64,000 nt of DNA, taken from the NCBI GenBank assembly GCA_040768745.1, contig JAXGMI010000001.1, positions 1,696,001 through 1,760,000 on the forward strand, written 5' to 3'. A program made the translations under genes and the position numbers. The notes below the pieces were generated by a model. The model was not told the origin of the DNA, ran no database searches, and saw only the letters and a list, made by a program, of their open reading frames with translations. Origin of the DNA: Desulfomicrobium sp. (GTDB taxonomy: Bacteria > Desulfobacterota > Desulfovibrionia > Desulfovibrionales > Desulfomicrobiaceae). Below, piece after piece: positions 41,522 through 50,653 of the stretch (within the stretch, counting starts at the first letter, position 1; each line of letters begins with the position of its first letter).

Positions 41522-42544
41522 CTAGAAACGCGATTTGAGGCACTGACTAAGTATTTGCGCGGCGAAGTCAACCATGGGCACGATGCGGGCATAGTTCATG
41601 CGTACCGGCCCGAGCACGGCCAGGGTTCCCTGGGTGGTGGGGCAGGCGCTGTAGGGAGAGGCGACCAGGGAGCAGCCGGACAGGCCGGTCATGCCCTGCC
41701 CCAGGCTGACGGATACGGTCTGGCTGGTCGAGGTCTTGTCCAGCAGTTCCAGAAGGCGGGAGCGCTCCTCGATGAGGCGCAATACATCCTGGATCGTATC
41801 GAGGTCCGTGAATTCGGGTTGATCCGCGAGGTTACTGGTGCCACCGACGAAGACCTCAGGCTGCTCGTCCTCGGCAATGGCCTGGGCCACCAGCTCCCAG
41901 GCCCGACGGTAGGCGTCCAGAGTCTGCCTGGCCTGGTTCAGTTGATGAACTATTTCAGACCGCACCTCCTGGGTGGTGCGACCTTCAAAAAGGCTGTTCA
42001 GATAATTGCTGTAGCGGATCAGGTCATCGGCACTCAGGGTTTTCTCCATCTGCACCAAGCGGTTGCTGATCAGGCCTCCCTGCATGACCAGCACGGCCAT
42101 GATCATCCCTGGCCGCAACAGGACGAAGTCGATCTGTCGCCAGCGGGCGAGATCCTGACGCGGGGCCATGATGACACAGACCTGACGGGTCAGGGAGGAA
42201 AGGGCCTGTGTGGCCCGGCGCAGAACCTGGGACAGTTCCCCCGCGCCGGGGAGGATATGTTCCTGCAAGCGGGACTGATCCTGGCGAGGCAGGGGAGTAT
42301 GCTGCAGGATCTGGTCGAGGTAGTACCGGAAGGCCTGGACAGTGGGAACGCGGCCGGCCGAGGTGTGCGGTTGGTACAGGTACCCTTTTTCCGTCAGCCG
42401 GGCCATGGTCGAACGCAACGAAGCAGGGCTCAGGCCCAGGGTCCTTGTGGCCGCAACGGCCTGAGAGCCTACGGGCTGGGCTGTGTCCACGTACATTTCC
42501 AGGACAGCAGCGAGAACGTTCTTCTCTCTTTGGTCCAGGATCAT
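41522..42544 (-). CDS. hrcA: Heat-inducible transcription repressor
   Basis: PVGS, SPASLRSTM, QPHTSAGRVPT, LGPVRMNY. Confidence 0.93.
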   Translation of the reverse strand: MILDQREKNVLAAVLEMYVDTAQPVGSQAVAATRTLGLSPASLRSTMARLTEKGYLYQPHTSAGRVPTVQAFRYYLDQILQHTPLPRQDQSRLQEHILPGAGELSQVLRRATQALSSLTRQVCVIMAPRQDLARWRQIDFVLLRPGMIMAVLVMQGGLISNRLVQMEKTLSADDLIRYSNYLNSLFEGRTTQEVRSEIVHQLNQARQTLDAYRRAWELVAQAIAEDEQPEVFVGGTSNLADQPEFTDLDTIQDVLRLIEERSRLLELLDKTSTSQTVSVSLGQGMTGLSGCSLVASPYSACPTTQGTLAVLGPVRMNYARIVPMVDFAAQILSQCLKSRF

Positions 42545-43401
42545 GCGGGAACCTCTTCCCGGGAAAAAAGAAATTCACGCAGGGCCTGCACCCAGGGGCG
42601 CGGAATGACACCGGTGGCCGCCGTGAATCCGGACAAGTCCAGCACGGAATAGGCCGGTCGGCAGGCCTTTTGGGGATATTCGGCCGAGGTGATGGGCCTG
42701 ATGCGGCACGGGAGGTCGGCACATCGCACGGCCTCGGCGGCCAGTTCACACCAGCTGGCCTGGCCGGAGTTGGCCAGGTGATACAGCCCAGTGGCCTCCT
42801 TCTCGACCAGGGTCAGAGAGTTTGCGGCCAGGTCGCGAGTGAAGGAGGGGCTGCCCACCTGGTCGTGGACCACAGCCAGTTCCGGCCTGGATGAGGCCAG
42901 TTCCAGAATGCGGGTCACGAAGTTGATTCTCCCGGGGCCAAAGAGCCAGGACGTGCGGATGATGAGCAGGCCAGGCAGGTCCAGGGACATGAGTTCGCGC
43001 TCGCCCTGGAGCTTGGTCTGACCGTAGACCGAGCGCGGATCGGTTTGGTCCTCGATGGTGTAGGGAGTGGTCTTCTTGCCGCTGAACACGAAGTCCGTGC
43101 TGTAGTGCACCAGCCGCACACCGGTCGCTTTGGCCGCCTTGCCCAGGATGAGGGGAAGTTGGCGGTTCAGGCGGGCGGCCTCGCCCGGCTCCTCCTCGGC
43201 TTGATCGACCTTGGTATAGGCGACGGTGTTGAACAGGACGTCGGCCCTGCTGTTTGCCAGACAGGCCTCCACGGCCGGTCTGTCGAAAAGGTTCAGATCG
43301 GCGCGGCCCATGGCCAACGCGTTCCAGCCGCGTTTGTGCAAAGCCACGCACAAGGCCTGCCCGAGCAGACCAGTCCTGCCGCCTAGTACAACGGCGTTCA
43401 T
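42541..43401 (-). CDS. rfbD: dTDP-4-dehydrorhamnose reductase
   Basis: GLLG, AYTKVDQAE, STDFVF, YGQTK, DQVGSP, RPAYSVL. Confidence 0.93.
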   Translation of the reverse strand: MNAVVLGGRTGLLGQALCVALHKRGWNALAMGRADLNLFDRPAVEACLANSRADVLFNTVAYTKVDQAEEEPGEAARLNRQLPLILGKAAKATGVRLVHYSTDFVFSGKKTTPYTIEDQTDPRSVYGQTKLQGERELMSLDLPGLLIIRTSWLFGPGRINFVTRILELASSRPELAVVHDQVGSPSFTRDLAANSLTLVEKEATGLYHLANSGQASWCELAAEAVRCADLPCRIRPITSAEYPQKACRPAYSVLDLSGFTAATGVIPRPWVQALREFLFSREEVPA

Positions 43402-44423
43402 GCCTTCCTCTCGGCGTACCATGAATCCATGAACTGGCGATAGGCACCGCTCTGGACTTCGTCAAGCCAGGGGGCATTGGCCTGGTACCAAGCCAGGGTG
43501 CGGGCCATGCCGTCTTCGAAGGAATATGCCGGGGTCCAGCCCAGGTCGGCCGTGGAGCGGGTGAAGGCCATGGCGTAGCGGCGGTCATGGCCAGGACGGT
43601 CCGCCACAAAGCTGATCAGGCTCTCGTCCCTGCCGGTCAGCCGCAAAATGGTACGCACCACCTGCAGGTTCGTTTTTTCCGCGTCCCCCCCGAAATTGTA
43701 GACCGCGCCGGGCCGGCCTCTGAACAGGGCCGCTTCCACGCCTTGGCAATGGTCCAGGACGTAGATCCAGTCACGCACGTTGAGTCCGTCACCGTAGACC
43801 GGAATGGGCTCGTTCCGGGAGGCCATGAGGTAGGTCAGAGGGATCAGCTTTTCCGGAAACTGGTAGGGCCCGTAGTTGTTGGAACAGCGGGTGACAATGA
43901 CGGGCAGTCCGTACGTGTGGAAGTAGGCCCTGGCCAGCAGGTCCGAGGATGCCTTGGATGCCGAATAGGGTGAATTGGGGGCCAGCGGCGTGTCCTCCGT
44001 GAACTGGCCGGTGGGGCCCAGGGATCCGTACACCTCGTCGGTGGAGATGTGCACGAAGCGGGGAATTCCGGCTTTGCGCGCCGCCTCCAGAAGGTTCTGG
44101 GTGCCGAGGACATTGGTGGTGATGAAGGGGAACGGGTCGTTGATGGAGCGATCCACATGGGATTCGGCCGCGAAATTGAGCACGGCGTCGAACCGGAATT
44201 GGCGCATCAGCTCCGGGACCAGCGTCTGGTCGCAGATGTCGCCGTGCACGAAAAAATAGCGCCGGTCGAGGTGGGACGCCTCCACCTCTGCCAGATTGCG
44301 GCGGTTGCCCGCATAGGTCAGCTTGTCCAGGTTGACGATGAGGAGGTCATCGTGGGCCGCCAGCATGTGCTGGATGAAGTTGGAACCGATGAAGCCGCAG
44401 CCTCCGGTGACGAGCAGATGCAT
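43398..44423 (-). CDS. rfbB: dTDP-glucose 4,6-dehydratase
   Basis: TGGCGFIGSNF, DKLTYAGN, AAESHVDRSI, STDEVYG, YSASK, DRPGHDRRY. Confidence 0.95.
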   Translation of the reverse strand: MHLLVTGGCGFIGSNFIQHMLAAHDDLLIVNLDKLTYAGNRRNLAEVEASHLDRRYFFVHGDICDQTLVPELMRQFRFDAVLNFAAESHVDRSINDPFPFITTNVLGTQNLLEAARKAGIPRFVHISTDEVYGSLGPTGQFTEDTPLAPNSPYSASKASSDLLARAYFHTYGLPVIVTRCSNNYGPYQFPEKLIPLTYLMASRNEPIPVYGDGLNVRDWIYVLDHCQGVEAALFRGRPGAVYNFGGDAEKTNLQVVRTILRLTGRDESLISFVADRPGHDRRYAMAFTRSTADLGWTPAYSFEDGMARTLAWYQANAPWLDEVQSGAYRQFMDSWYAERKA

Positions 44424-44534
44424 ACTTGAGGACTTCCTTTTCTTGACGGATTGGCGGGTTGAAAGCCAATGAAGGCGCAGCACCGGGCCGGCCCTGGCTT
44501 GTGCCCGTCGCAAAATACGCAAAGAGAACCCAAG

Positions 44535-45032
44535 ATGCAAATTGTCCTCTACGAGCCGGAAATTCCGCCCAACACCGGCACCATTGCCCGGCTCTGCGCC
44601 GCCACCACGACCCGGCTGAATCTGATCGAGCCGTTGGGCTTCAGCCTGGAGGACCGGTATTTGAAACGTGCCGGCCTGGATTACTGGCCCCATGTGGACA
44701 AGCTTATCTGGCCGTCGTGGCCCGCTTTTCTGGAATCCAGGCCGGCTGGGCGGCTGGTTTTCACCAGTGCCCGCCAGGGGATTTCCTTCCACCGTTTCCG
44801 TTTCCAAGCCGACGATTTCATCGTCCTTGGCCCAGAGACGCGCGGATTGCCGCCAGTGATATTGGCCTGTGCCGAATATGTGGTGCGCATACCCATCTGG
44901 GGGCAGGTTCGCAGCGTCAACGTGGCCAACGCGACGGCCGTGCTTCTGTATGAGGCATATCGCCAGACCGGCGAGCTGGACCGGCGTGTGGGACCGGATG
45001 ATTTCATCCCCATAGCGAAACAGGAGTCCTGA
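44535..45032 (+). CDS. trmL: tRNA (cytidine/uridine34-2'-O)-methyltransferase
   Basis: PEIPPNTG, KRAGLDYW, GPETRGLP, RSVN. Confidence 0.92.
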   Translation: MQIVLYEPEIPPNTGTIARLCAATTTRLNLIEPLGFSLEDRYLKRAGLDYWPHVDKLIWPSWPAFLESRPAGRLVFTSARQGISFHRFRFQADDFIVLGPETRGLPPVILACAEYVVRIPIWGQVRSVNVANATAVLLYEAYRQTGELDRRVGPDDFIPIAKQES

Positions 45033-45249
45033 AGGGTATGGATGGGCTTAAGGCAAAGCCCGCGCAATGAATTCCTCATCCTCAAAACTCCCTTCCTTGG
45101 CTGGAGGGGCATCCGAGAGCGTACATGCCCGGCGGACCGGTAGTTGCCCTGCGGGCCTTTGTCCTTCAGGCTTCAGGCGTGTGGCCATTCGTGCCTTTCC
45201 TGACTGCTGCATCGATTTTGAAATGGACTAACCCGCCACGGAGACGCCC

Positions 45250-46218
45250 ATGTTCGACATTCTTTATGCCGTGCCCGTCAATCTGTCCCTGCTTGTTTTC
45301 CTCCTCGGTTGCGTTGGCCTGGACCTGCTTTTTGGCGATCCCAAGGATTGGCCGCATCCTGTGCGGATCATGGGCCGGGCCCTGGACCTTTCGGAAGACT
45401 GGGCCCGACGCTGCTGGCTGGGGCCGATCGCGGGCGGAGGACTGGCCGTGGCCGGTCTGGGCGGTTTGAGCTTTGCCACAGTTGCTTTCCTGACGGGCTT
45501 GCCCATGGTGGGCGAGCTGCTGGCCCTGTATCTGGGATACGCCGGTTTGGGCTGGGGCTGTCTGCTACGCGAAACGTCGGCTGTACTGACCCTGCTCGAC
45601 AGGGGAAACCTGCCGGCGGCCCGGGCCCATCTGGCCGGGTTGGTCAGCAGGGACACGGACGACATGGATCAGGAAGAGGCATACCGGGCCCTGGGTGAAA
45701 CCCTGGCCGAGAACTTCAACGACGGGTTCGTGGCCCCGTTCTTCTGGCTGGCCCTGTTCGGCCCGGCAGCACTGTGGGTCTACAAGGCGGTGAGCACGGC
45801 CGATTCCATGTGGGGCTACCGCATCGAGCGGTTTGAAAAGGTCGGCAAGGCCGGGGCGCGTCTCGACGACGCCCTGGCCTGGATTCCGGCCCGTCTGGCC
45901 GCTCTCTGCATCTGGCTGGCCGGTTGGCTGATGCTGCGACCGTCGTCATGGGGGCGTGTCGTGCGCGAGGCCCGGACCATGGACAGCCCCAACGCGGGCT
46001 GGCCCATGAGCGCAGCGGCCCATGCGGCACGGGTCAGCATGGGCGGGCCGACCCGCTATTTCGGGGCAGTGAAGGACAAGCCACGTCTCGGACCGGACGG
46101 ACCGTGGAACGGCTATGCGATCCGGACCATGCGCCGGGTGCTTATGCTGGCCGCAGGGCTGTGTGCGGTGTTCCTTGCGGGCCTGGGCAGCCTTCTGGCC
46201 CTGTGGAGCCTGGGATGA
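45250..46218 (+). CDS. cbiB: Adenosylcobinamide-phosphate synthase CbiB/CobD
   Basis: GDP...HPV, VSRDT, AENFNDGFVAP, YKAVSTADSMWGY, ARLDD...PARL, SPNAGWP. Confidence 0.92.
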   Translation: MFDILYAVPVNLSLLVFLLGCVGLDLLFGDPKDWPHPVRIMGRALDLSEDWARRCWLGPIAGGGLAVAGLGGLSFATVAFLTGLPMVGELLALYLGYAGLGWGCLLRETSAVLTLLDRGNLPAARAHLAGLVSRDTDDMDQEEAYRALGETLAENFNDGFVAPFFWLALFGPAALWVYKAVSTADSMWGYRIERFEKVGKAGARLDDALAWIPARLAALCIWLAGWLMLRPSSWGRVVREARTMDSPNAGWPMSAAAHAARVSMGGPTRYFGAVKDKPRLGPDGPWNGYAIRTMRRVLMLAAGLCAVFLAGLGSLLALWSLG

Positions 46219-46236
46219 GAAATGCCAAGGGGTGGA

Positions 46237-47088
46237 TCATGTAGCCTGCCACCGAGCCCAGTTGCCGCTGGGCAGGTCGAGGACGTCAGGGCCGCCGCGC
46301 AGGAGCATTTCCCCGCATGTCAGCCTGCCCTGGCCCAGGGCTTGCTCCAGGAGATTCTGCAGCACAATGGGCGAGAAGCCAGGGGTGTGCGAAGTCAGGA
46401 TGACAAAGAGGGGGGTGTCGCTCAGCACTTGGCCTACCAGGTTCAGGGTTTCCTGCACGTTTTTTTCGATTTTGTAGAGTTCACCCCGTTTGCCCCGTCC
46501 AAAGGAGGGTGGATCCAGCAGCACGCATTCGTAGTTGCGTCCGCGTCGTACCTCGCGGCGCAGGAATCCTCCCACGTCGTCCACGATGAAGCGGATGCCG
46601 CTGTTCTGCAGGCCATTCAAAACCGCATTGGCCCTGGCCCATTCGACCATCCCCTTGGATGCGTCCAGATGGCAGCACTGGGCCCCGGCCTTGGCTGCGG
46701 CCAGGGTCGCACCCCCTGAGTAGGCGAAGAGATTCAGAAAGCGCGGGGCCGTGCTTCTCGATTTGGCGGCGTCGCGGAGTTGCGAAGCGATCCAGGACCA
46801 CTGATCCATGGTTTCAGGGAAGATGCCCAGATGCCCGAAGTCCGTGGTGGACAGACGCATGCGCACGCCCCGCACGGTCACGACCCAGTCCTCGGGCAGA
46901 CGCTCGCGACCGTGCCAGTTCAAACCTTCTTTGCGGTCGAAGGAGGCATTGGCGCTGTCCCAGAGTTCAGGGTGGCGCGGCTCCCAGACGGCCTGAGCAC
47001 AGGGCCTAGCCAGGATGACGGGGCCGAAGCGTTCCAGTTTCTGACCGTTGCCGCTGTCCATCAATTCATAGTCGTCAGGGATGTGCAT
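46237..47088 (-). CDS. Class I SAM-dependent methyltransferase (RlmI/RlmK-like)
   Basis: [39 protein letters not shown]; start MHIPDD. Confidence 0.85.
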   Translation of the reverse strand: MHIPDDYELMDSGNGQKLERFGPVILARPCAQAVWEPRHPELWDSANASFDRKEGLNWHGRERLPEDWVVTVRGVRMRLSTTDFGHLGIFPETMDQWSWIASQLRDAAKSRSTAPRFLNLFAYSGGATLAAAKAGAQCCHLDASKGMVEWARANAVLNGLQNSGIRFIVDDVGGFLRREVRRGRNYECVLLDPPSFGRGKRGELYKIEKNVQETLNLVGQVLSDTPLFVILTSHTPGFSPIVLQNLLEQALGQGRLTCGEMLLRGGPDVLDLPSGNWARWQAT

Positions 47089-47100
47089 GATAGCTCCATG

Positions 47101-47145
47101 CGCAAAAAAACCCTTCCGGGCGGATTGCCTGGAAGGGTTTTTGCG
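47101..47145 (-). terminator. Intrinsic terminator after tRNA-Val
   Basis: AAAAACCCTTCCGGGC-GGATT-GCCTGGAAGGGTTTTT hairpin. Confidence 0.8.
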
Positions 47146-47149
47146 TTCG

Positions 47150-47225
47150 TGGTGGGCGATACGGGATTTGAACCTGTGACTTCCACCGTGTGAAGATGGC
47201 ACTCTCACCACTGAGTTAATCGCCC
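47150..47225 (-). tRNA. tRNA-Val (anticodon CAC)
   Basis: GGGCGAT acceptor stem, ACTC/GAGT D-stem, loop TTCACAC, TTCAAAT T-loop, encoded CCA; 76 nt. Confidence 0.95.
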
Positions 47226-47236
47226 GGAGTGAAAAG

Positions 47237-47265
47237 CGTTTAGACGCGCGACAATCTTCTGTCAA
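47237..47265 (-). promoter_or_regulatory. Putative sigma70 promoter of tRNA-Val
   Basis: TTGACA-N17-TAAACG just upstream of the mature 5' end. Confidence 0.55.
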
Positions 47266-47295
47266 GAATTTCCCTGGCACGTGATCCTTTTGGAA

Positions 47296-47825
47296 TCACA
47301 GATTCTTTTGCAGCTCCAGGAAGGCAAAGGCGTTTGGGGCGTACACCCTGGACCCGCTCATGCCGGTAATGCGCTGGAACCCGAGCCGGATCCAGAAACG
47401 CAGTGCGTTCCAGTTGCGCAGCCCAATCCCGACCCGCACGGTCCGCATGTCCCTGCCCCGGGGATGCTTTCCAGGCCAAGGTAGGTTTCAGGCCAAGCCC
47501 CCGGCCCCGGCTGGCCGGGCGCAGAAACAGCTCGCCGACATAGGCCACGCTGGACCGGGGATAGCCAAGATAGACGCTGAGCAATCCCATGGGGACGGAA
47601 GAAGGGTCCTCGCGCAGAACGAGATTGTGCAGGCGATCTGAAGAGCCGGGAGAAGGGAGGTTGAGGCGTCGGACAAAGCGGACAGCCAGCGCCTTAGGGT
47701 CGTTCCCGGGGGGCCAGCGGGCGAAGAATTCCCACGTTCTCGGCGTAGATGCTTTCGATCACGGGCTGGTCCTGGATTGTGGCCGGCATGCCTGTCAATC
47801 GGGCGGTGCGCAGGGATATGGCCAT
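47296..47825 (-). pseudogene. Frameshifted GNAT family acetyltransferase
   Basis: Segments in different frames: MAISLRTARL...IYAEN / ...MGLLSVYLGYP...AYVGELFLRPASRGRGLG / ETYLGLES / MRTVRVGIGLRNWNALRFWIRLGF...LELQKNL*. Confidence 0.75.
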
Positions 47826-47831
47826 GTCATG

Positions 47832-47852
47832 AAAAAGGCGGCCGTAGCCGCC
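47832..47852 (-). terminator. Intrinsic terminator after proC
   Basis: A5 + GGCGGC-CGTA-GCCGCC immediately after the proC stop. Confidence 0.65.
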
Positions 47853-48644
47853 CTAGTCTCCCAGTTCCTTGCCCCGTTTGGTGGCTGCCAGGACCGCCTG
47901 GCTGACGGCGAATTTGAATCGGTGCTCGTCCAGGGCATTGAGGCCGGCGATGGTCGTTCCTCCTGGCGAAGTGACCATCTCCTTGAGCATTGTCGGATGC
48001 GCGCCTGCGTCTTCGGCCATGAGAGCCGAGCCCGAAACCAGGGCCTTGACCATGGCCGTGGCCTGAGAGCGGGTCAGGCCAAGGGTCAGGCCGGCGTCGA
48101 TGAGGGCCTCCATGAAGGCGAAGACGTACGCCGGGCCGGAGCCAATGAGTCCGGTAAAGGCATTGAACAGCTTTTCCGGCAGGACATGGGCTTGCCCGAT
48201 GGAGGCGAAAACCTCGGACACCATGCGCTTGGTTTCATTGTTCAGGAGATCGTGGTCAAAGCAGAGGGCGTATACCCCCTTTCCGACCATGGCCGGGGTG
48301 TTGGGCATGACTCGCACAACGGGGCAGCTCTTGCCGGACCACTTGATGAGCATTTCCAGGGGGATACCCGCGGCGATAGAGATGAGACAGGTCCCTGGTT
48401 TCAGGGATTGGGCCAGGTCTGTCAGGACGTGGCGCATGACCTGGGGCTTCACGGCCAGGAGAAGGAGATCTGCCTGCCTGGCTACGTCCTGTCCCGAGGG
48501 CAGGATGGTCATGATGCCTGCTTGTCTGGCCCGCATGACCTCGCTCGGGTCAAAGCCGATCAGTTCGAACGACTTGGTTTTGGCCAAGCCACCGGCAATG
48601 GCGCCGCCCATATTTCCCAGTCCGATAAACCCGAAGCGTTTCAT
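47853..48644 (-). CDS. proC: Pyrroline-5-carboxylate reductase
   Basis: GLGNMG, AVKPQ, RVMPNTP, GSGPAY, VTSPGGTT. Confidence 0.95.
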   Translation of the reverse strand: MKRFGFIGLGNMGGAIAGGLAKTKSFELIGFDPSEVMRARQAGIMTILPSGQDVARQADLLLLAVKPQVMRHVLTDLAQSLKPGTCLISIAAGIPLEMLIKWSGKSCPVVRVMPNTPAMVGKGVYALCFDHDLLNNETKRMVSEVFASIGQAHVLPEKLFNAFTGLIGSGPAYVFAFMEALIDAGLTLGLTRSQATAMVKALVSGSALMAEDAGAHPTMLKEMVTSPGGTTIAGLNALDEHRFKFAVSQAVLAATKRGKELGD

Positions 48645-49061
48645 TTAGCCCACCAGTTCCAAGGCGTTGAAGAAATAAGCAATTTCCACTGCCGCCGTGT
48701 CCGGACCATCGGAGCCGTGACACGAATTTTTTTCGATATCCAGCGCGTATTTCTTGCGGATGGTGCCTTCGGCGGCGTTGTCCTTGTTGGTGGCACCCAT
48801 CAGGTCACGGTATTTCTGGACCGCATTCTCGCCTTCAAGGCACATGACCACGCACGGGCCAGAGCATATGTAGTCCGTAAGGCTGGCGAAAAAGGGGCGT
48901 TCCCGGTGCACGGTGTAGAATCCTTCGGCCTGGGCCTTGGTCAGGTGGATCATTTTCAGGCCAATGATGCGCAGTCCGGCCTTCTGGATCATGGCCATGA
49001 TTTCACCCTGAAGGTTGCGCTCCACCGCGTCGGGTTTGATGATGGAAAAAGTGCGTTCCAT
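48645..49061 (-). CDS. ndk: Nucleoside diphosphate kinase
   Basis: [24 protein letters not shown]. Confidence 0.96.
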   Translation of the reverse strand: MERTFSIIKPDAVERNLQGEIMAMIQKAGLRIIGLKMIHLTKAQAEGFYTVHRERPFFASLTDYICSGPCVVMCLEGENAVQKYRDLMGATNKDNAAEGTIRKKYALDIEKNSCHGSDGPDTAAVEIAYFFNALELVG

Positions 49062-49239
49062 AAGTTCTCCTCGCATGATTTTTTGCGCGTCCTACTCCCG
49101 GGATGCGGAAATGACAAGGGACGGCCTGAAAAAGCGACTGTTTGGTCATTCAAGTCGTGCACCCTGTTTCCACAAGGGGGAACACTGTCCTTCACCCGGA
49201 AAAAACCATGGTCCAGCCCTCCAAATGGAGAGGCAATGC

Positions 49240-50628
49240 CTAGCGCATGAGGTAGAAGCCGAGATCGCCTTCGTAGCTTTTCTGATCCGTGAAGACAGAC
49301 CCTGTGTAGCGGTCCCTGGTGTAGCGGACCAGGACCAGACGGTCTATCTCTGAGCGCCGGGAATCGTCCAGGACAAAGCGCAACCGGATGCGTGCATTCT
49401 TGGACAGGGCGTTGGGCCCTAAGGTCGAGAATCCAACCCCTTTCAGGGAAAGGTTTTCCACCAGCACTTCTCCTTTGTCGCCGGTGTCAAGATTCTCAAA
49501 CTGCCCGGCGAGCTTCACTTTTTTGCGGTAGTACTGGCGGCGGTCCAGGGACTGGATCTCCTCGTTCAGGAGAGGGAGGAAGTTGGCTGCAACATCACGG
49601 AGCTTTCGGAATCCCCGGTCTTCGGTCTTGCCCGTCTTGATGATGTCCAACAACGGGGCAAGATCACTCTGGGTGCCTGTCCGAACCTCCAGGGTGAGCT
49701 TGAGCAGGGGGAGTTCCAGCAATTCACCCTGGAGATGGATTCTGGATTGAAGGCGACTGCTGACTTCCAGGGCCTGGGCCTTGGCGATACAGGGCATGAT
49801 GACCACGAAGCGGCTGGAGCCGAGGCGGCAGGGCAGATCCGCCTTGCGCACCCCTTCCAGCAGGATGGTCGCCACGTGCCGCAGAAAGCTGTCCACCCTG
49901 GTCTTGCCGTATTCTTCGTTGGCGGCCCGCAGGCTTCCGAGGTGCATGAGAATGAGGCTGGATGGGGTACCGTACCTCTTGCAGATCTCGATTTCGCGCT
50001 CCAGGGATCTGGTAAATGTGCGCGTGTTCGGCAGACCGGTGAGGAGGTCCGTTTCGGCCATGCGCTTCATGGCCTGGAAATAGTAGACCCGTTCGAGAAT
50101 CACCACCATCAGATCGGTAAAATTTTTGAGATCCTGAAGGTTGTCGGCAGTGAAAGGGGAGCCGTGTTGGCTGCCGACCATTTCCAGGACGCCGTAGACC
50201 ACATTGGCGCTCTTGAGGGGAACGGCCATGACAGAACGCACATCCGTGCCTGTGGCGGGCAGGAGTTGAGACTGGAAACGGGGATCAGTGGTTACATTTT
50301 CGATGAGGAGCGCTTCTCCCGTGCCGGCCACCCATCCGGTTATCCCTTTGCCTTTGGGGAGCTTTTTTCCCCGCAGTACGTCACCTCTTTCCCCGGCTAC
50401 GTGGGAGAAGATCAGGTCCCCGGTTTCAGGTTCAAGCAGAAGGATGGCCATATGTCTGGCTGAAAAGCATTTCTGAAGATGGGCGCAGATTTCCTCCAGC
50501 GTCTCGTGGATGCTGGTCTGATGTGTGAGGCGTCGTGCGATATCCAGGAGCAGACCCAGGCATGATGACGAGTGAAAAGCATCCATGGCAGATCCCGGTG
50601 TTGAAGTGCTTCTTTCACGATAGTCCAT
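49240..50628 (-). CDS. GAF - degenerate GGDEF - PilZ protein
   Basis: GKGITGWVA/DPRF/SVMAVPL GAF; TDLLTGLPN; RKAD-LPCRL-GSSRF in place of GGDEF; C-terminal RRQYYR and NLSLKG PilZ motifs. Confidence 0.85.
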   Translation of the reverse strand: MDYRERSTSTPGSAMDAFHSSSCLGLLLDIARRLTHQTSIHETLEEICAHLQKCFSARHMAILLLEPETGDLIFSHVAGERGDVLRGKKLPKGKGITGWVAGTGEALLIENVTTDPRFQSQLLPATGTDVRSVMAVPLKSANVVYGVLEMVGSQHGSPFTADNLQDLKNFTDLMVVILERVYYFQAMKRMAETDLLTGLPNTRTFTRSLEREIEICKRYGTPSSLILMHLGSLRAANEEYGKTRVDSFLRHVATILLEGVRKADLPCRLGSSRFVVIMPCIAKAQALEVSSRLQSRIHLQGELLELPLLKLTLEVRTGTQSDLAPLLDIIKTGKTEDRGFRKLRDVAANFLPLLNEEIQSLDRRQYYRKKVKLAGQFENLDTGDKGEVLVENLSLKGVGFSTLGPNALSKNARIRLRFVLDDSRRSEIDRLVLVRYTRDRYTGSVFTDQKSYEGDLGFYLMR

Positions 50629-50653
50629 TTCGTGATCAAAAAGATCTATCTTG

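Noticed and set aside
45033..45249. Cobalamin riboswitch upstream of cbiB
   Set aside because: No B12-box or other conserved core elements recognisable by eye.
46237..47852. Genomic island at tRNA-Val
   Set aside because: No integrase, no duplicated tRNA 3' end, and core genes on both sides.
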